A stretch of DNA of 59,827 nt, counting the filler, from Streblomastix strix (taxonomy: Eukaryota), in the NCBI GenBank assembly GCA_008636045.1. It is 3 parts of 3 records of this genome, joined end to end, with 100 filler letters (N's around TTAATTAATTAA, not from the genome) between each part and the next. Parts side by side here need not be neighbours in the genome. Positions count along the whole stretch, not along the records: positions 19,991 to 39,859 come from SNRW01000476.1; positions 39,960 to 59,827 come from SNRW01000477.1; 1 more part is not named here. One strand, written 5' to 3'. The first letter of the stretch is position 1. The number at the start of each line of letters is the position of its first letter. A model generated the notes under the pieces. That model did not search any database and was not told where the DNA came from. It saw nothing but the letters and a program-made list of their open reading frames with translations. Shown here in pieces: positions 38,001-52,049 of the stretch. The position numbers and the translations under genes are program-made.

Positions 38001-39859
38001 ATTTCTGATCTATGAGAAATGAGATAGATGCAAAATACGAGTCTGAATACAGCAAATATTGAGAATGAATGTCTCAGATATTGAAGAACCATTGAAGTTT
38101 GTGTTTGAAGGAGACAAGATGATTTCAAGATTTTTTTGGTTATAATTGTTGAATTTCGAGAGAAAAAAGAAGAAGAAATTGATTTGAAGATTGAAAATAA
38201 CAAAGAATTCCAATTTAGATGTTTCATTTGCAAAATAATATTTCTCCTCTCCAATAAATTAGCTTATAATACAAACCAGCTATAAACCATATTTCACTTC
38301 TTACAACAATATAAAAAGTAAGATATATGATTTATTACTTAATATTTATGAAAAGAAGCTTTGTCAGATATTTGAATACAATATTTTCATAATTTTAAGA
38401 ATAATAAGTGCAATCTTTCTACATTATTTTAGCTGGAGCTGAAAACTTAACAATCAATTAAACCAGTTCATTTAATAAATGTGAAAGTTAATAAGGAAAT
38501 GGAGGAGGAATATATGCATTTATCAGAGATTGTGGTAATCGAACAATTAAAAGTGATACAATATTGGGTACTTAAAGTTCATTCACTGGATGTAAGAGTA
38601 ATGGAAAGAATGGAAGTGGAATATATGCAGTAGTTTGTAATAGTAGTGATTTCAAATAATATGAAACATTAATAACATTATGTGAGGTAATAAATGGAGA
38701 TTCTTCAATATAATCAGGATTTTGTTTAGGAATCTTCCTGGTTGTAATGAATGACTACAATGTATCTAATTTAGGAATCGATCTGAGTAAAGCATATTTC
38801 AATTGTAATGAAGCAGTATATGGAAAGAATCTTTATGTTGTATCTGAAAAGTTGAATGAATTGCGCCTTCTGAACTTCAATTTGGATAAAGGACATTATT
38901 TGAGAGGAGATAATGATGACGATATTTCTCCTGAAATCGAACTTTAATGAGTGAATTTAACATTGATAGCATTTAACTTATTATACTGAATATCTGATAT
39001 TTAATATTATCAATAGTTTTTCAGAAGATTTTGGACTCCATCAATCCTACTCCCAATTACAATTCCAGATGGAGTAATTGAAGGATTTAATAAGTTATGG
39101 TATTAAAATAGAGATAGTTAGTTATAAGGAAGGGATATATATGGATGTGGATGGTGTGATGATGCATGCAGGACATTTGAGATTGGTTTATAAGAAGTAA
39201 GTTTGGGTATTGGAGGGAATGAGACTGCATTGATTGAGAATAAGACTATTATGATATCTGATGATACAAATGGATATGATTAAGTATAGACTATTGAATA
39301 GAATTAATAAGAAAGAAGATGTGAGAAATTTGATGGTAATGAAAATATTATTAGAATATGAATTATATGCTCTGACATAATAAGCAGATATTTAGATATT
39401 CAAAGGTGAAGTTACGACATTAGAAGACAACAACAAATGATGGATTCATGTACAAAATGGTATGAATTTGAGTTTATAAGGAATTACTCTTACTTCAGAT
39501 GAGAGTATTTTCATTCCTGCAATCTATATCTCAGATCAAAACACTACTTTGAAGTTGGAAGAATTCATAATATATGATATTACATTCTAACCACAGATTC
39601 CATATTCAACTGGTCCACGTGGTGTTGTTCAAATTGATTTATCAGTAAAAGATATATAAATACTGAATTGGCAATTTGAAAATATAATAATAGACTCTCC
39701 TGGAGGAAGTGCACTCAGAATTGAGAACTTCACAGATACACCTCCAATAATTCCTCCATTAATACTTCAATTACCACATCCAGAACCTGATACATCCATC
39801 AACATAACAATACATTCAACTTCATTCAAAAATATATAATCATCTGGAGATATAAGTAA
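35068..39859 (+). pseudogene. Decayed large beta-helix (pectin-lyase-like) surface protein gene(s)
   Basis: Fragments GNGGGIY, NGSGIYA, CNEAVYGKNLYVV, YGCGWCDDACRTFEIG, with many TGAs and frameshifts and a MITE insertion. Confidence 0.6.
37671..37888. mobile_element. 218-bp Tc1/mariner/pogo-type MITE
   Basis: 23-bp TIR CAGTAAATATCGGTTAATTCGAC / GTCGAATTAACCGATATTTTCTG (1 mismatch); TA on both flanks; internal TTAATTCGAC repeats. Confidence 0.88.
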
Positions 39860-39959
39860 NNNNNNNNNNNNNNNNNNNNNNNNNNNNNNNNNNNNNNNNN
39901 NNNTTAATTAATTAANNNNNNNNNNNNNNNNNNNNNNNNNNNNNNNNNNNNNNNNNNNN
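39860..39959. other. Artificial contig linker
   Basis: N44-TTAATTAATTAA-N44, exactly 100 bp. Confidence 0.95.
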
Positions 39960-40150
<191 letters not shown>

Positions 40151-40198
40151 TAAAAAATATTATATGTAAAGTAATAAATAATAAATAAATTGTACCAA

Positions 40199-43100
40199 GG
40201 CATTCAGCCAGAAGTGCAAGATCATTAAAATCATTAACTACTTTTAGATATTCAATAAGATCAACTCGAATTTCAGACGGAAGCGGAAATGCTTTGAAAA
40301 GATAGATGAGCGTTTTTCTCAAATTATATTCAATGTTATGATTCTTTTTATCTACGAAAATTGATATTAATTTTGCTATAGTTCCATCATCCGATAATTA
40401 TTATCTATATGGATGTTATTATCCATCTTTCAATCCTTCTTTTCCAGCTTCAATAATGTCAGATATTATTTTAATGGCTTTCTCTCTAACATCTTCGTAT
40501 TCAGAATCTAAAATCTTTGCCATTGACTAAACGACTCCCTTCAAAAATATCTACCTTTGCTATTTTGATGTAAGAAAATTAGTAAGTTCACTGAAAGTTA
40601 AGATATGTGAAAATCTGATTTTTTAGACTGGAAGTGAATTAAGAAGAGTAAAATTATGCATTATTATATCTGTTCCTTCAATAACTGCTTTTCTAGCATC
40701 TTCATTAGCTAAGATTAATGATTTGATAATTTATTTTAACAAAATCATTTCTCCCTAAATTAATTTTTCATCCATAGAAAATGCTGATTAAATTTCATTT
40801 TTCAATACATCAATTAATCCAGCATTAATTAAATCAATAAGATATTCTTCATTTTTCTAATTCAATGATCTTTATATTCTTATCAACATATCCATTATAA
40901 CGGGATTGGTAAAAGTTGATTTGATAATTTTGACCTAATCTTAGTATGATTAATCTTTTTCCAATTCGTCTAATGTTTCAGCTGTTATCTATTTTTTAAT
41001 AAATTTCTTAGCGATAATATCACCATATATATAAATAAGCTAAATTATTTTGAGTGAATTTCTAATCGTGTCTGAGTCAACACTTTTTCCATCAACTTCA
41101 TTCCTATTAGAAAAAATAATAAAAATAGAAAAATAATTAAATTGGAGAAAAAAAATTATTTGTAAAAACTTTAATTATTTTAAATAAAAATATTTATTCA
41201 TTAATACTAGAATATTTCAATTGATGTTTCTATGAAATCTTAAGAAACAATTGCTACATGGTTATCTGAATAATAATTTTAAAATGAAAATATAAGATAT
41301 AAATGAAATATAATAAAAAAATTGAAAATTACAAATTCAAATATATATATTTCTATTAAAACTTTTTTTGTTATAAAATAATCAAAAAACCTTTATTCAT
41401 AGCTAGATATGATATTGATTCCAATGCGAATTCCTTATTAGATCTAATTTATTTTTTAGTTAACTTTTTTCCAAGTTGTTATATAATCTAATTATCTTCT
41501 GATTGATTCTCTGCTTTTGAAAGTCCTGATTTAGCAATTTCACAAAGATCAGAAATAATTCTTTCTTGTACATCAGATGGAAGTTTTGCTCCTTCAACAT
41601 AAACTGAATCAAGAACTTCATACGCTTTACTTTAACATTCCATGATATCTTTTATCATTAATATATTATCAATTATTTTTCTTATTGTTCCTTATTTTTC
41701 AAGAGTATGCAAATATGGATGTGGAAGAAGAAGAAGCTGTTGTAATTCAGAAGGAAGAGTTGCAAAAGATGAAGATTATAATTTTGTTATTGATGGAGTT
41801 AATTTTGATGTTTAATAAAATATATGATCATTTTACTATAGTTAAGAAGATTAATTTGGTTTAGATAATGAGATTTATTATCTTGAATTAGCTGAAGAAG
41901 ATATTGTTTAAGCATGTTTCCATCCATTCTTGATGATATAAGAATATGTCATGATAATATTATTCTTAATATCTTTATTTTTGATTCCAAGTTATAGGGA
42001 AAGCGATTGTATTAATCCCATCTAAAATAATTTCTGAGTTTATTCAGATCTACCATTTTGACTTATTTAGCACGAAAATTCTGTAAGATCTTTGATTATC
42101 ATATCAATTTGATTAGTTTATGCTTAGTCAACTGTAATACGTCTAGCAATATCACTGAGTTCAACCACCAATCCAGATTTCAATGCGAGATCAATACTTT
42201 TAACATAAGTAAGATGTTAGTTCGATTATTAAATAACATTTTTGGTTATTTTATTGTTTATTTCCTTATATTATTCTGTTAATATTCCTTACTCTTGTGA
42301 TTCTATAGAGCGAACAGCATATAATGCATCAGAAAGAATCACAACAAGATCCTCTTCTTAAGTGTATTCTTTCTTCAACGATTTAACTTTTTTATTTGCT
42401 GCTTTAAGTTCATCAATTGTTACTTTCTTTGGTGCTAATAATTTAATGACTTTTAATTCTATGGCCAAATCTTCTTCTTTTCTTCTCTATCTTTCTTCAA
42501 ATATCTGAATATTCTTCTTAATCATCTCAACTTTCATTAAATCTTCAGAAGAAGGTCTTTTGTTACGATCCTTTAATTTATAGAATAATAATAACAATAA
42601 TATTTAAAAAATAATTAACTAAATATATTAAAAAATAATTAACTAAATATATATTATATAATGCGTATCATACAACACTAAGCATCCTAGATATAAGCTT
42701 TTTCATTTCAATAGGAACCCAATCGGGAAGCATTTTGGCATTACCTTTTCTAATGTTAAAAAGTGTAGCTTCTTCATCCTTATTAACAACGAATGGATGA
42801 ACACCAGTCAAACATTCACTTATAACAATTCCTGTGGCAAAGATATCGGTTTCTGAGTACATTCTACATTTATAAAGAAAAATAAAATTTTATTTTTAAA
42901 TCTATTAAATATTTTAATTTATTTCAAACTTTCCTTCCAAAAAGACTTCTGGTCCTAAATAGTACCTGATTAATTTGAATTATTAAATAAAATAAAATAA
43001 AATAAAATATATTTATTATATATTTTTAAATGCAATTTAAATCAAACTTTGTTCCTTATATTTTTGCAATATAATCTTTATCTTCAAGAATTCTGGAAAG

Positions 43101-45855
43101 TCCAAAGTCACCTATATGATAATAATTTAAATTATAAATTAAAAAAAATAGTCAAATTATAGATATTAATTAATTTAATCATATTGATTACATATATTAT
43201 GCATACCAATACGAGCTGTTCCATCTTCCATAATAAAGACATTATCAGGTTTGATATCTCTGAAATAAGAATTATTTTAAACATTAAAATTAATAAATAT
43301 AAAAAGAATATTTAATAATAAGTTTCTATACCTGTGGATTACGTTATTTGAGTGTATGAAGTTAAGTCCTAAGACAATCTGTGCAAACAACTCCCACACA
43401 CGCTAAGAAAATTAAATATTAAACTAAATAATTGCAAAATCAATATTTGCTTACTTCAATTCGTTCAATTTCAGGTATTTTCTGAAGCTCTTAGATGTAG
43501 TTTCTTAAGTCTCCTTTTTTGCAGTATTCTGTCACAATGTATAAGTCTACACGATCAATGAAGGACCACATAAGACGTACCTATTATTAATACATAAAAT
43601 ATAATCATGTAAATGATTCAAATAACATTTTTAAGCTATTTATAATATTTTAATTATATATATTCAAGCAAACAGTATATTTAGACGAAAGTAGCTTCAT
43701 CTATGCAATCTCTTCATCAGCCATCTTCTTATCTCCTTCATCCAAATAATCAACTTTAAATTATAAAATATAAAATATAAAATTAATGTGGAATCCAATC
43801 AAAAATAATTTCACACCTCGTTTCATCACAAACAATAAACCAGTTGGTTTATGTCTTACTAAAAATGTCTTCCCCTACGCTCCACCAAAGAATTATTTGT
43901 CAATTTCAACTATCCAATAAAAGGATATAAAATGAATAATAGCAATTAATATATAAATTTACATACAATCATCATATTATGGTGTTTCCAACAGCATGCT
44001 ACAAATTTGAGAAATAAAACAGAAATTCATTATTAAATGATATTATTTCAAACCTTAATCTTGCATAATAGCTCAATTCCCCTGAAATTTCCTCTTTCGT
44101 TTCATTGTTTTCTATTTATTTTGTTGTATCATTTGATGAAATCTATTCAGAAATTGTAGATTAAATTGGTTTAATTAAGTTTTCTTATTTTTATTAACTA
44201 TATTCACTATCTTATTATAAAGTATTATCTATAGATTGCATGACAGTTTCCTATTTAATCTGAGGTTGATCTTAAGTATGTATAGAGTGAATTTGCTATA
44301 AGTTTGGAATCATTTAATCTTTTTCTGAAATAATATTTGCAAATTATTCTCTATTCTATCTTTCATTTGTGAGAGTTTGATAATCAATGGATTCAAGTTT
44401 TTAGTTATTTAGGTTAGTTTAATTAGATTAATTTACGTCTTTATCTGATAAAACGTTCAATAATAAACTTATCTGCGGAGTTTATTATGTATTAAGTGTT
44501 ACAATTTATTATTTTTCTTTTTATGGAACAATTTTTGTTGATTTTGGAATGAATCCAGAAGATTTTGGTATAAATCCTGAAGAGATTTATTATATTGGTT
44601 GTTATATATTAAGTAATGAACTTTATTGTGAAATTGATGATATATTTTGTTATTAATTTTATTGTAGTAATGATTTTGGAATGAATCCTGTTGATTTTGG
44701 AACGAATCTCTTTGATTTTGGAATAAATCCTGAAGAACTTACTTATAATGTTGTATAAGTACTCTATAATGAATTTTGTTATGAAGTTTATGACGTACTT
44801 AGCAACTAATTTTATTATAATGTATTTAGTTATGTACTTGGTTATAATGTTGACTTTGGAACAAGTCCTGTTGACTTAGGTTGTGTGGTTGATTATGCAT
44901 TTTATAATTAACTTGGCTAAAGAGCTGATTTTGGAACAAATCCTGGTGATTTTGGAACAAATCCAGATTTGTTTGATTATTATGTTGATTATATATTCAC
45001 CAATGAATTTGGTTGTGAAGTTGATTGTGGAGCAGACCCCGTTGATTTTGGAACAAATACGGTTGGTTTTGGTATAATTTCAGATTAATTCTGTTGTTAT
45101 GCAGATTAAATGTTTAGATGTGTGCTTTGTTATTAAACTAATTGTGAATTTGGTTCTATACTTGGCTATTATGTTGATTTTTGAACTAATTCTGTTGATT
45201 TGGGTGCAATTCCAGAAGAATTTGTCTGTAGAGTTGATTATGTATTCAGGGAAGAGCTTGTTTATTAAATTGATTAAGTACTTTATAATGAATTTTGTTA
45301 AGATGAAATTTATAATGCATTAAGTTATGTACTTGGTTATAATGTAGATTTTGGAACAAATCCTGTTGACTTAGGTTGTGTGGTTGATTATGCATTTTAT
45401 AATTAACTTGGCTAAAGAGCTGATTTTGGAACAAATCCTGGTGATTTTGGAACAAATCCAGATTTGTTTGATTATTGTGTTGATTATATATTTTCCAATG
45501 AATTTTGTTATAATATTGATGATGGATTATGTTATGTACTCGATAATTATATTGATTTTGGAACAAATCCAGCTGACTTTGGAATAAATCCTGTTGGCTT
45601 AGGTTGTAATGCTTATTAATCTAAGATCTATACAACTATCGGAATTCCTCCAATTTCATTTCCGTTCGTCTTTTATTATGCATTTAATGCTTCTTCTTGT
45701 GTCTTGAACCTTACAAAAGCTTATCCTCCTTCACTTCCAGCTTAAGCATTCTTCATGTTCACTTCAATTGCTCCATAGGGCTTAAATAACTTATTAAGCT
45801 GGAAATATGATAGGTTTCCTTTTGACCAGTTGACAGTCGCGCCAATTTGTGTCAT
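40199..45855 (-). CDS. RRM - Gln-rich GFVPKS repeat - NEK-type kinase - ARM-like multidomain protein (many introns, 3' end off contig)
   Basis: ATG 45855. RNP1-like GGQAFVRF; GGAQGKTF, FVMKR, VIHR/DIKPDN, GDFGLS, YLGPE, TDIFATG, KRPS; ARM-type PHPY motifs and YLFKAFPLP. Confidence 0.8.
44828..45506. repeat. Intragenic ~185-bp direct repeat (44828-45011 vs 45323-45506) within the GFVPKS repeat region
   Basis: Near-identical copies 495 bp apart, in frame. Confidence 0.85.
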
Positions 45856-46187
45856 GAATTTTCTGTTGATTTAAATAAAATTTGTAAATAAAAATAAATA
45901 TATAAGAAAATAAATTGGTATTGTGTTAATTAAGGGGTAAAATTGAATAATTAAAAATGATATATGTATTAGAATTATTAAAATGATATAATATAGAAAA
46001 ATTTGTTGAATTGCAACATTTTTTATTATAAAATACTTATTTAAAATATAATTGGTTAAATTATATAAGAAATTTTAGTTGTAGTATATATAAATTGACA
46101 TTATTAAAAATAAAATAAAATAATTCGTTTGAAAGTAGTGTGAAAAATAATAATGATAATAATAATTAATTAAAACAATATCAAATT

Positions 46188-47178
46188 TTGGGGATGCCAA
46201 CCCAACCACCCAGAGCCCGATCGACCCACCCAGCCAAGAAAAAACGACCAAAAATAAAAAAAATAAAATAAAATAAAAAATTTATAATGTGCTTAATTCA
46301 AATTAAAAATATAATATTTATATTTTAATATTAATATATAATATATAATATTAATATATATATTAAACTAGTCAAACTTAATTTTGTCTTAAAAATAATT
46401 TTTTCAAAATTAATGCGGGTCGTCATGGGTAAACTCTTTTTCGCGCTCTGTTAACTGTATTGTTGATTATATTTATTATAATTATGTGTAATTATATCAT
46501 TATCATATTTCTATTATAATCAATTTTTATAATATTATCTTACAGGCGCACAATTCTTGTTACAATCCAAATTTGGCTTTAAAAAAAACGACACAATTCG
46601 ACCCAACCCAACCCGACCCAACCTAACCCAGTCTGGGTCATTCCAAACAAGAGTATTTGCCATTGTTCTTCTACAAAATTAAATTTAATATATTTTATAA
46701 ATATATATTTTAGTAAAATAAAGATTAAAATAAGTGTCTATTAGCTCTTTGGGTAAAATTTTAATCTCGGCAGTATTTACATCTGCCAGTATCTTTACCT
46801 TGAATTTTTATACGATTTTTTTAAATTTATTTATTTTTTAACTTACTTAAATAAATGCATTAAACCATTATGTTATTATTGGCATCAAACAAAATTATTT
46901 TTAATATTTGCCAATTTTTTGTATAATACGAGTTTCATTTAGTCTCTAATATAATTGATAATTTAATTTACATATATTCAAACTAAGTTATAACATATAT
47001 ACATATAATTCTAATTATTTGTTGATACAATTTAGATTTTATTATTTTTTTTTCTATTTACAAATTTTTCAGCATAAAATAAAACACTATTTTTGCAATA
47101 TCATATATTTATTCTTACCCACAAAACTCTGACCGACTCACCCAGCCAAAACCCTCTGGGTCATTTTGGTATCCCCAA
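46188..47178. mobile_element. 991-bp non-autonomous hAT-like element
   Basis: TIR TTGGGGATGCCAA / TTGGTATCCCCAA; exact 8-bp TSD ATCAAATT; ACCCA-type subterminal repeats. Confidence 0.85.
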
Positions 47179-48152
47179 ATCAAATTTTAACATTTTCGTA
47201 GTATGTAATAAAATTTACTATAATTTATACAAATATTGAACAGTAATCTAGAGTAAAATCCAATAATGAGTTTTTTGCTATTATAATTAACACGATTTTT
47301 CTAACAAGTTATCCAACAAATGTAATAAACATAATTAGTATATTTAAAAAAGTATTTTACAGTTGATGAAATGTGATCTTATCCAACTTTAAAAATATTT
47401 CTTTTATCTTTGTTGAAGAATTTTAGTAATTTCATCATAAACACCTTCAGCAATTGCTTCATTATTATTAAATAAATTTACTCTTTTTATTACTTTAATT
47501 GCTTCCTCTTCATTATCAACATCACATAATTGTAATGCAATTTATAATAATTTATTTACCCTTTTTAAATTCTCAATTGTTGAAATCGCGTTAGAGAAAT
47601 CATCTGCATTTTGCATCAATTATTAATTCAGATTATGCTTAAGTTTAATGATTTTTTCTTTATATATTCTATTTATAATCAAACCGTATAATGATGTATT
47701 ATTCTATATTATCATATATTCTTAATCTCTATTTTGCTTTATTAAATCTATCTTTATATATTCTATCAACATCAAATTCATTAATGAAAAATTAATGTTA
47801 TCTTTCTTATTACTTATCTATGAAATCTGATTAATTGACACCATTTTCTTACATAAGTTATTGATATGGTAATCCAAATTATTGTTGAAGAAACTGTTAT
47901 ACATTATTAAGTTTTGTTCTACTTCCTGTATAATTTAAATCCTTTAATTTTGTTAGTAATTCAGCATACAATGAACCATATTTCTCTGATTCATTGGTAG
48001 GTCAAATAATAGCCAATAATTAAAAAATTTACACTTTTGATAACTTAATCATTTATTAGAAAATATAAATAAATAATATTCAATTTAGATAATATTAATT
48101 TTTATCTATTAATATTACTTATTGTTGAAAATTGAGAATTAGTTATAACTCT

Positions 48153-49800
48153 AGTAGTATATATTATTTGTACCAAATGGGTATAATGAGTAATAATATG
48201 TATTGATGCTCATAGTCGTTTGGTGTGGACGAATGTTTTTTTTATTGAAATATATATTTAACAATTAGGTACATTATTCGTACCAATTGCCTATAATATA
48301 TAATAATATGTGTTGATGCTCATAGTCATTTGGCGTGGACGAATGTTATTATTTTTGTACGAAAAATCTAATGTTCCAAAAAATTTTATACACTATTTCT
48401 AGGATTTGATCAAAAGCGAGCATCGGTTGCGCTGGAGGATTATTGTGTTTCGGCGGTCTCCTACGTGTCACTAAGTCTGTGGCTGCTCTTGCACGTTGTC
48501 TAGCTTCTACGACTTGCTCTTCGGACAGTTCTTCATCATAAAAATAGTTCTGCGACATATCCTGCCCCGTGAGTCCCGCCGAGAGTGCCCGTGCTGCTGT
48601 TTTCGCGTTCGACAGTACCTCTTTTAGTATCGATATTGGTAAGTCAGAGTCCAGCGGGTCTATCTCAATATTCTAGCAGAAAGCATTCACAAACGTCGGT
48701 TGCGGCTGGGCGACGGCTTGCAACGAATTTTGTGCAACTATGTTTGCGTAATTCGGTATCTAATACGAGTCCATGTTCGGCAGACGTTTGCTGGTGTAAT
48801 TGGTCCTGCGCTACATCCTTTCTTTCACAGTTTTTAAACTGACCACCTCATTGTAAACATTATTTGGGGAATGGCCTGAAGAATCACTTCAAATAGTTGA
48901 TATTAATCACTCAATAAAGGTGAAGTTGTTGGATATAATATATAAACTCCTCAATTGCCAAAGTGGGACTATTAGTAATTTATAGGATGTATAATAATAT
49001 ACAGCAACTTCGCCTTGGTCCTACGTATCAGTCTAATACTCTATAGAAATGTATTCATATAGTTTTTTACTTTAGTCCCAACTCTTTGTTGTGTTTGTGA
49101 ATCTATCATTACACTCTATGTATCATATGTTTTCTTTATTACATCATCTTTATCAATCTCGTGGAAATGCTATCATGCAACATTAATAGGTAAGTAAGTG
49201 AACTGTTGACAATGGTATCTAATATGCTAGTGAGCATGAGATGACAGCAATCATTCATGGAAGGATATGCTCACGCAGTTCGCTGATAGAATTTGAGACT
49301 AGATGCAAAGTTATTTTTACTTTTTGGCCTTTTTATTTAACATTTAACTATTTTTATTCAACATTTTAACCAGCTTCAACTTTAACATTTTACTTTATTT
49401 TGTTTATTTTACGTTTTTTAATTTAACTTTAATCTTTTTATTCGATGTGAGTACTTCTATGCTTAATTACGTAGTCATTTATTTTGTTTTTTACTCTTAC
49501 ATATCATTTGTTTATGGGGAGTTTCTCTTGCTGGCTCTCTTCTCACTCATTATACATTTTTTAAACAACACTTCGTCTATTTTTTCTGCTGGATCTCCTG
49601 TTGTGAGTCCAGATTTATCAATTTTTTCTACCTTTCTTTTTGTTTTTCTTAATTGCCACCCTATTGTAAATATTGTTTGGGGAATGATCAGAAGAATCAC
49701 TTCAAATAGTTGATGGCAATCACTCAATAAAGGTAAAGTTGTTGCATATAATATATACACTCTTCAATTGCCAAAGTGGGACTATAGGTAATCATAGGAT
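48153..49800. mobile_element. Possible left end/relic of a third Polinton-like element
   Basis: Begins AGTAGTATATA (same 11 nt as the element B terminus); ~110-bp-period subterminal repeat; GC-richer minus-strand ORF remnant; ~125-bp direct repeat 48864-48988 / 49676-49800. No hallmark gene. Confidence 0.35.
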
Positions 49801-52049
49801 TAAAATTATTTATTTACAAAATTAAAGCTAATTTTTGAAAAATTAATTATAATTCGAGTTTATAACAAGAATATAAAATTACAATTAGGGAAGTCATACT
49901 TGATAGAGCGTGACTGCCAAAGCACCCCCCACCGATGACAACGGGGGTACCTTACATTTTTTGTATGTTCACATTATGCGAAACTACAATAATTACGGCA
50001 TACATATGTTGCACGCCCTCCTCGACGAAAAAGACTTGTTTTTATGTTTTTCGTCACATGTACATTTGAGGAGCTATTTATGAATATTATATGTTTAAAT
50101 TTTGATATACCACTACATATTCATTTGAAATAACAAATATACAAATGCCGATAATGCTGCACACTGAAAGTTTAACAAAATATTTGAAATACGTTTTTCT
50201 TATCATATACCATTTTAAACAATTCAAAACTATAAATTTCCTTGTAGTTCCTACCTTGAAAACACAATTGTTTCATAAATGTTACTAATAATTCTATTTC
50301 CACAATATAAGTTTTTGAATAGAATTTCTTATTCATTAATACATTACATTTTATTCATATATATTTTATTTATCTTATTTTTCTTTTATTCGTCAGATTC
50401 TTCAACAATACTACATTTTGGATTTGTGGAATTTCCAGAATTACCACCTCATTTGAAATTATTTTTCATCGTTTAATTGTAACATTGAGTTGAAATTATG
50501 CAAAATGGCATTTCATATACGATACAAATGATAAAATAGAAGATTATACTAGATTAGTTTATTTATAATATCTGAATTGTGATCATTTTAATGATAAAGT
50601 AGGACGTCATAGTCATAAAACCTAAAAGAAACAGTATAAATATTCTTGATTAAGTATATATATATTCAAAGATACAATAAATTAAATAACATTATTTTAC
50701 ATTACACCACAATTTATTTTATTTTAAGCAATGAATTAAGAATAATTAAAACAAAATAAGTTTAACAAATAATTATTATAAAAATGAGGCAACAATGATG
50801 TGTTTATTTTAAAAATGAGAAATGTTTCTAGTTGCACGCAAGATTATCAATGAAAATTCCTACATAAAATTGTATGAAGTAAATTTTTCTAACGATCCGT
50901 GATAATATTTCACTTTCGGAAGTTAAAACTTGTATCTCATACATCCTTATTCAAATGGACATAAATAATTGTCAATTATATCTCAATGTTGTTTATAATA
51001 CGAATTATATTAAGGAATTGTATAATATATTGATATTAGTCTGATTAACAAACATTTTCTGGTAAAAAAAATTAATTAGAAATATATTGTCAATTTAAAG
51101 AATATATATCAATTTTATAGTTCATACTTCAAAAAAAAATAATAAACTGTTATTTTAATAATTTAATAAGTAAATAAAATAATTAATAATACAAATGCTG
51201 CAAAATAGATATTAAATAATTTTTTTGAATGTTTATCAGCATGTGATATAGAAAATTATAGTAATTATTAGAATAAATGAATAATCATATCGATAGAAAA
51301 ATATAACTGTAGCGTATTTATTTAGTATTAAGTGAATTAAGAAGGAATCTTTTCAAAAAGAATAGAAAAAATTCATTGAAGTTACAGCGGTATTACTGTT
51401 TGTAAAAATAATTAATTATGATAAATGTATAAAATTAAATAAAGATAAACATTGTAAATAATATTTTTTTATATTTAATGGCACATAAACCGAATTTTAT
51501 GTATTTAAAGCTTGTGCATAATAACAGTTATAATGATTAGTTCAATTTGATATATCATAACCTTATATATTTGAAAGATAACAAAATCTTAGATGAGAAA
51601 AATGCGTTTTTTGGATAATCAATTTTTAATAAGTTTTTTTTGATGTAGCCGTGCCCTCAAAGAGGAGGTCGTGCCCCGCATATTGTGGAGTTTAGAATAG
51701 TTTATTTTGATGTCATACATCGATTTATCTTCGATATCAAGCATGCCACACATTTCTATCAAAATATCACGGCGTTGTGTCAAGATAACATCCCTAATTT
51801 TGATATAAAATTGTAAATTATATACACAAATGAGATGCCTTATATAATGTGCAGCGTTAAATCGTTGGATTTTGATGTAAAATATGTATAAAATTTTGTA
51901 ATAGTTTTAATCATTAATCAATGCTTTCTTATATTTATTTTTTTATAATTTAAAAGATCTTTCCATTTTGATTAATTAATTAATTTTAAAATTTAAATTT
52001 ATATTACATTTAAATATTAACTTATATTTTTTTCATGATTTCTTAAGTA

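Noticed and set aside
44520..45600. Spaced TTTTGGAACAAATCC repeats as a CRISPR array
   Set aside because: Irregular spacing, codon-position variation and in-frame translation to GFVPKS in a eukaryotic gene.
46598..46632. CCCAA/CCTAA repeats as telomeric sequence
   Set aside because: Short, degenerate and inside the hAT-like element, matching its subterminal motifs.
47350..48060. Possible minus-strand coding remnant
   Set aside because: Frame is broken and no motif is recognisable; not supportable as a feature.
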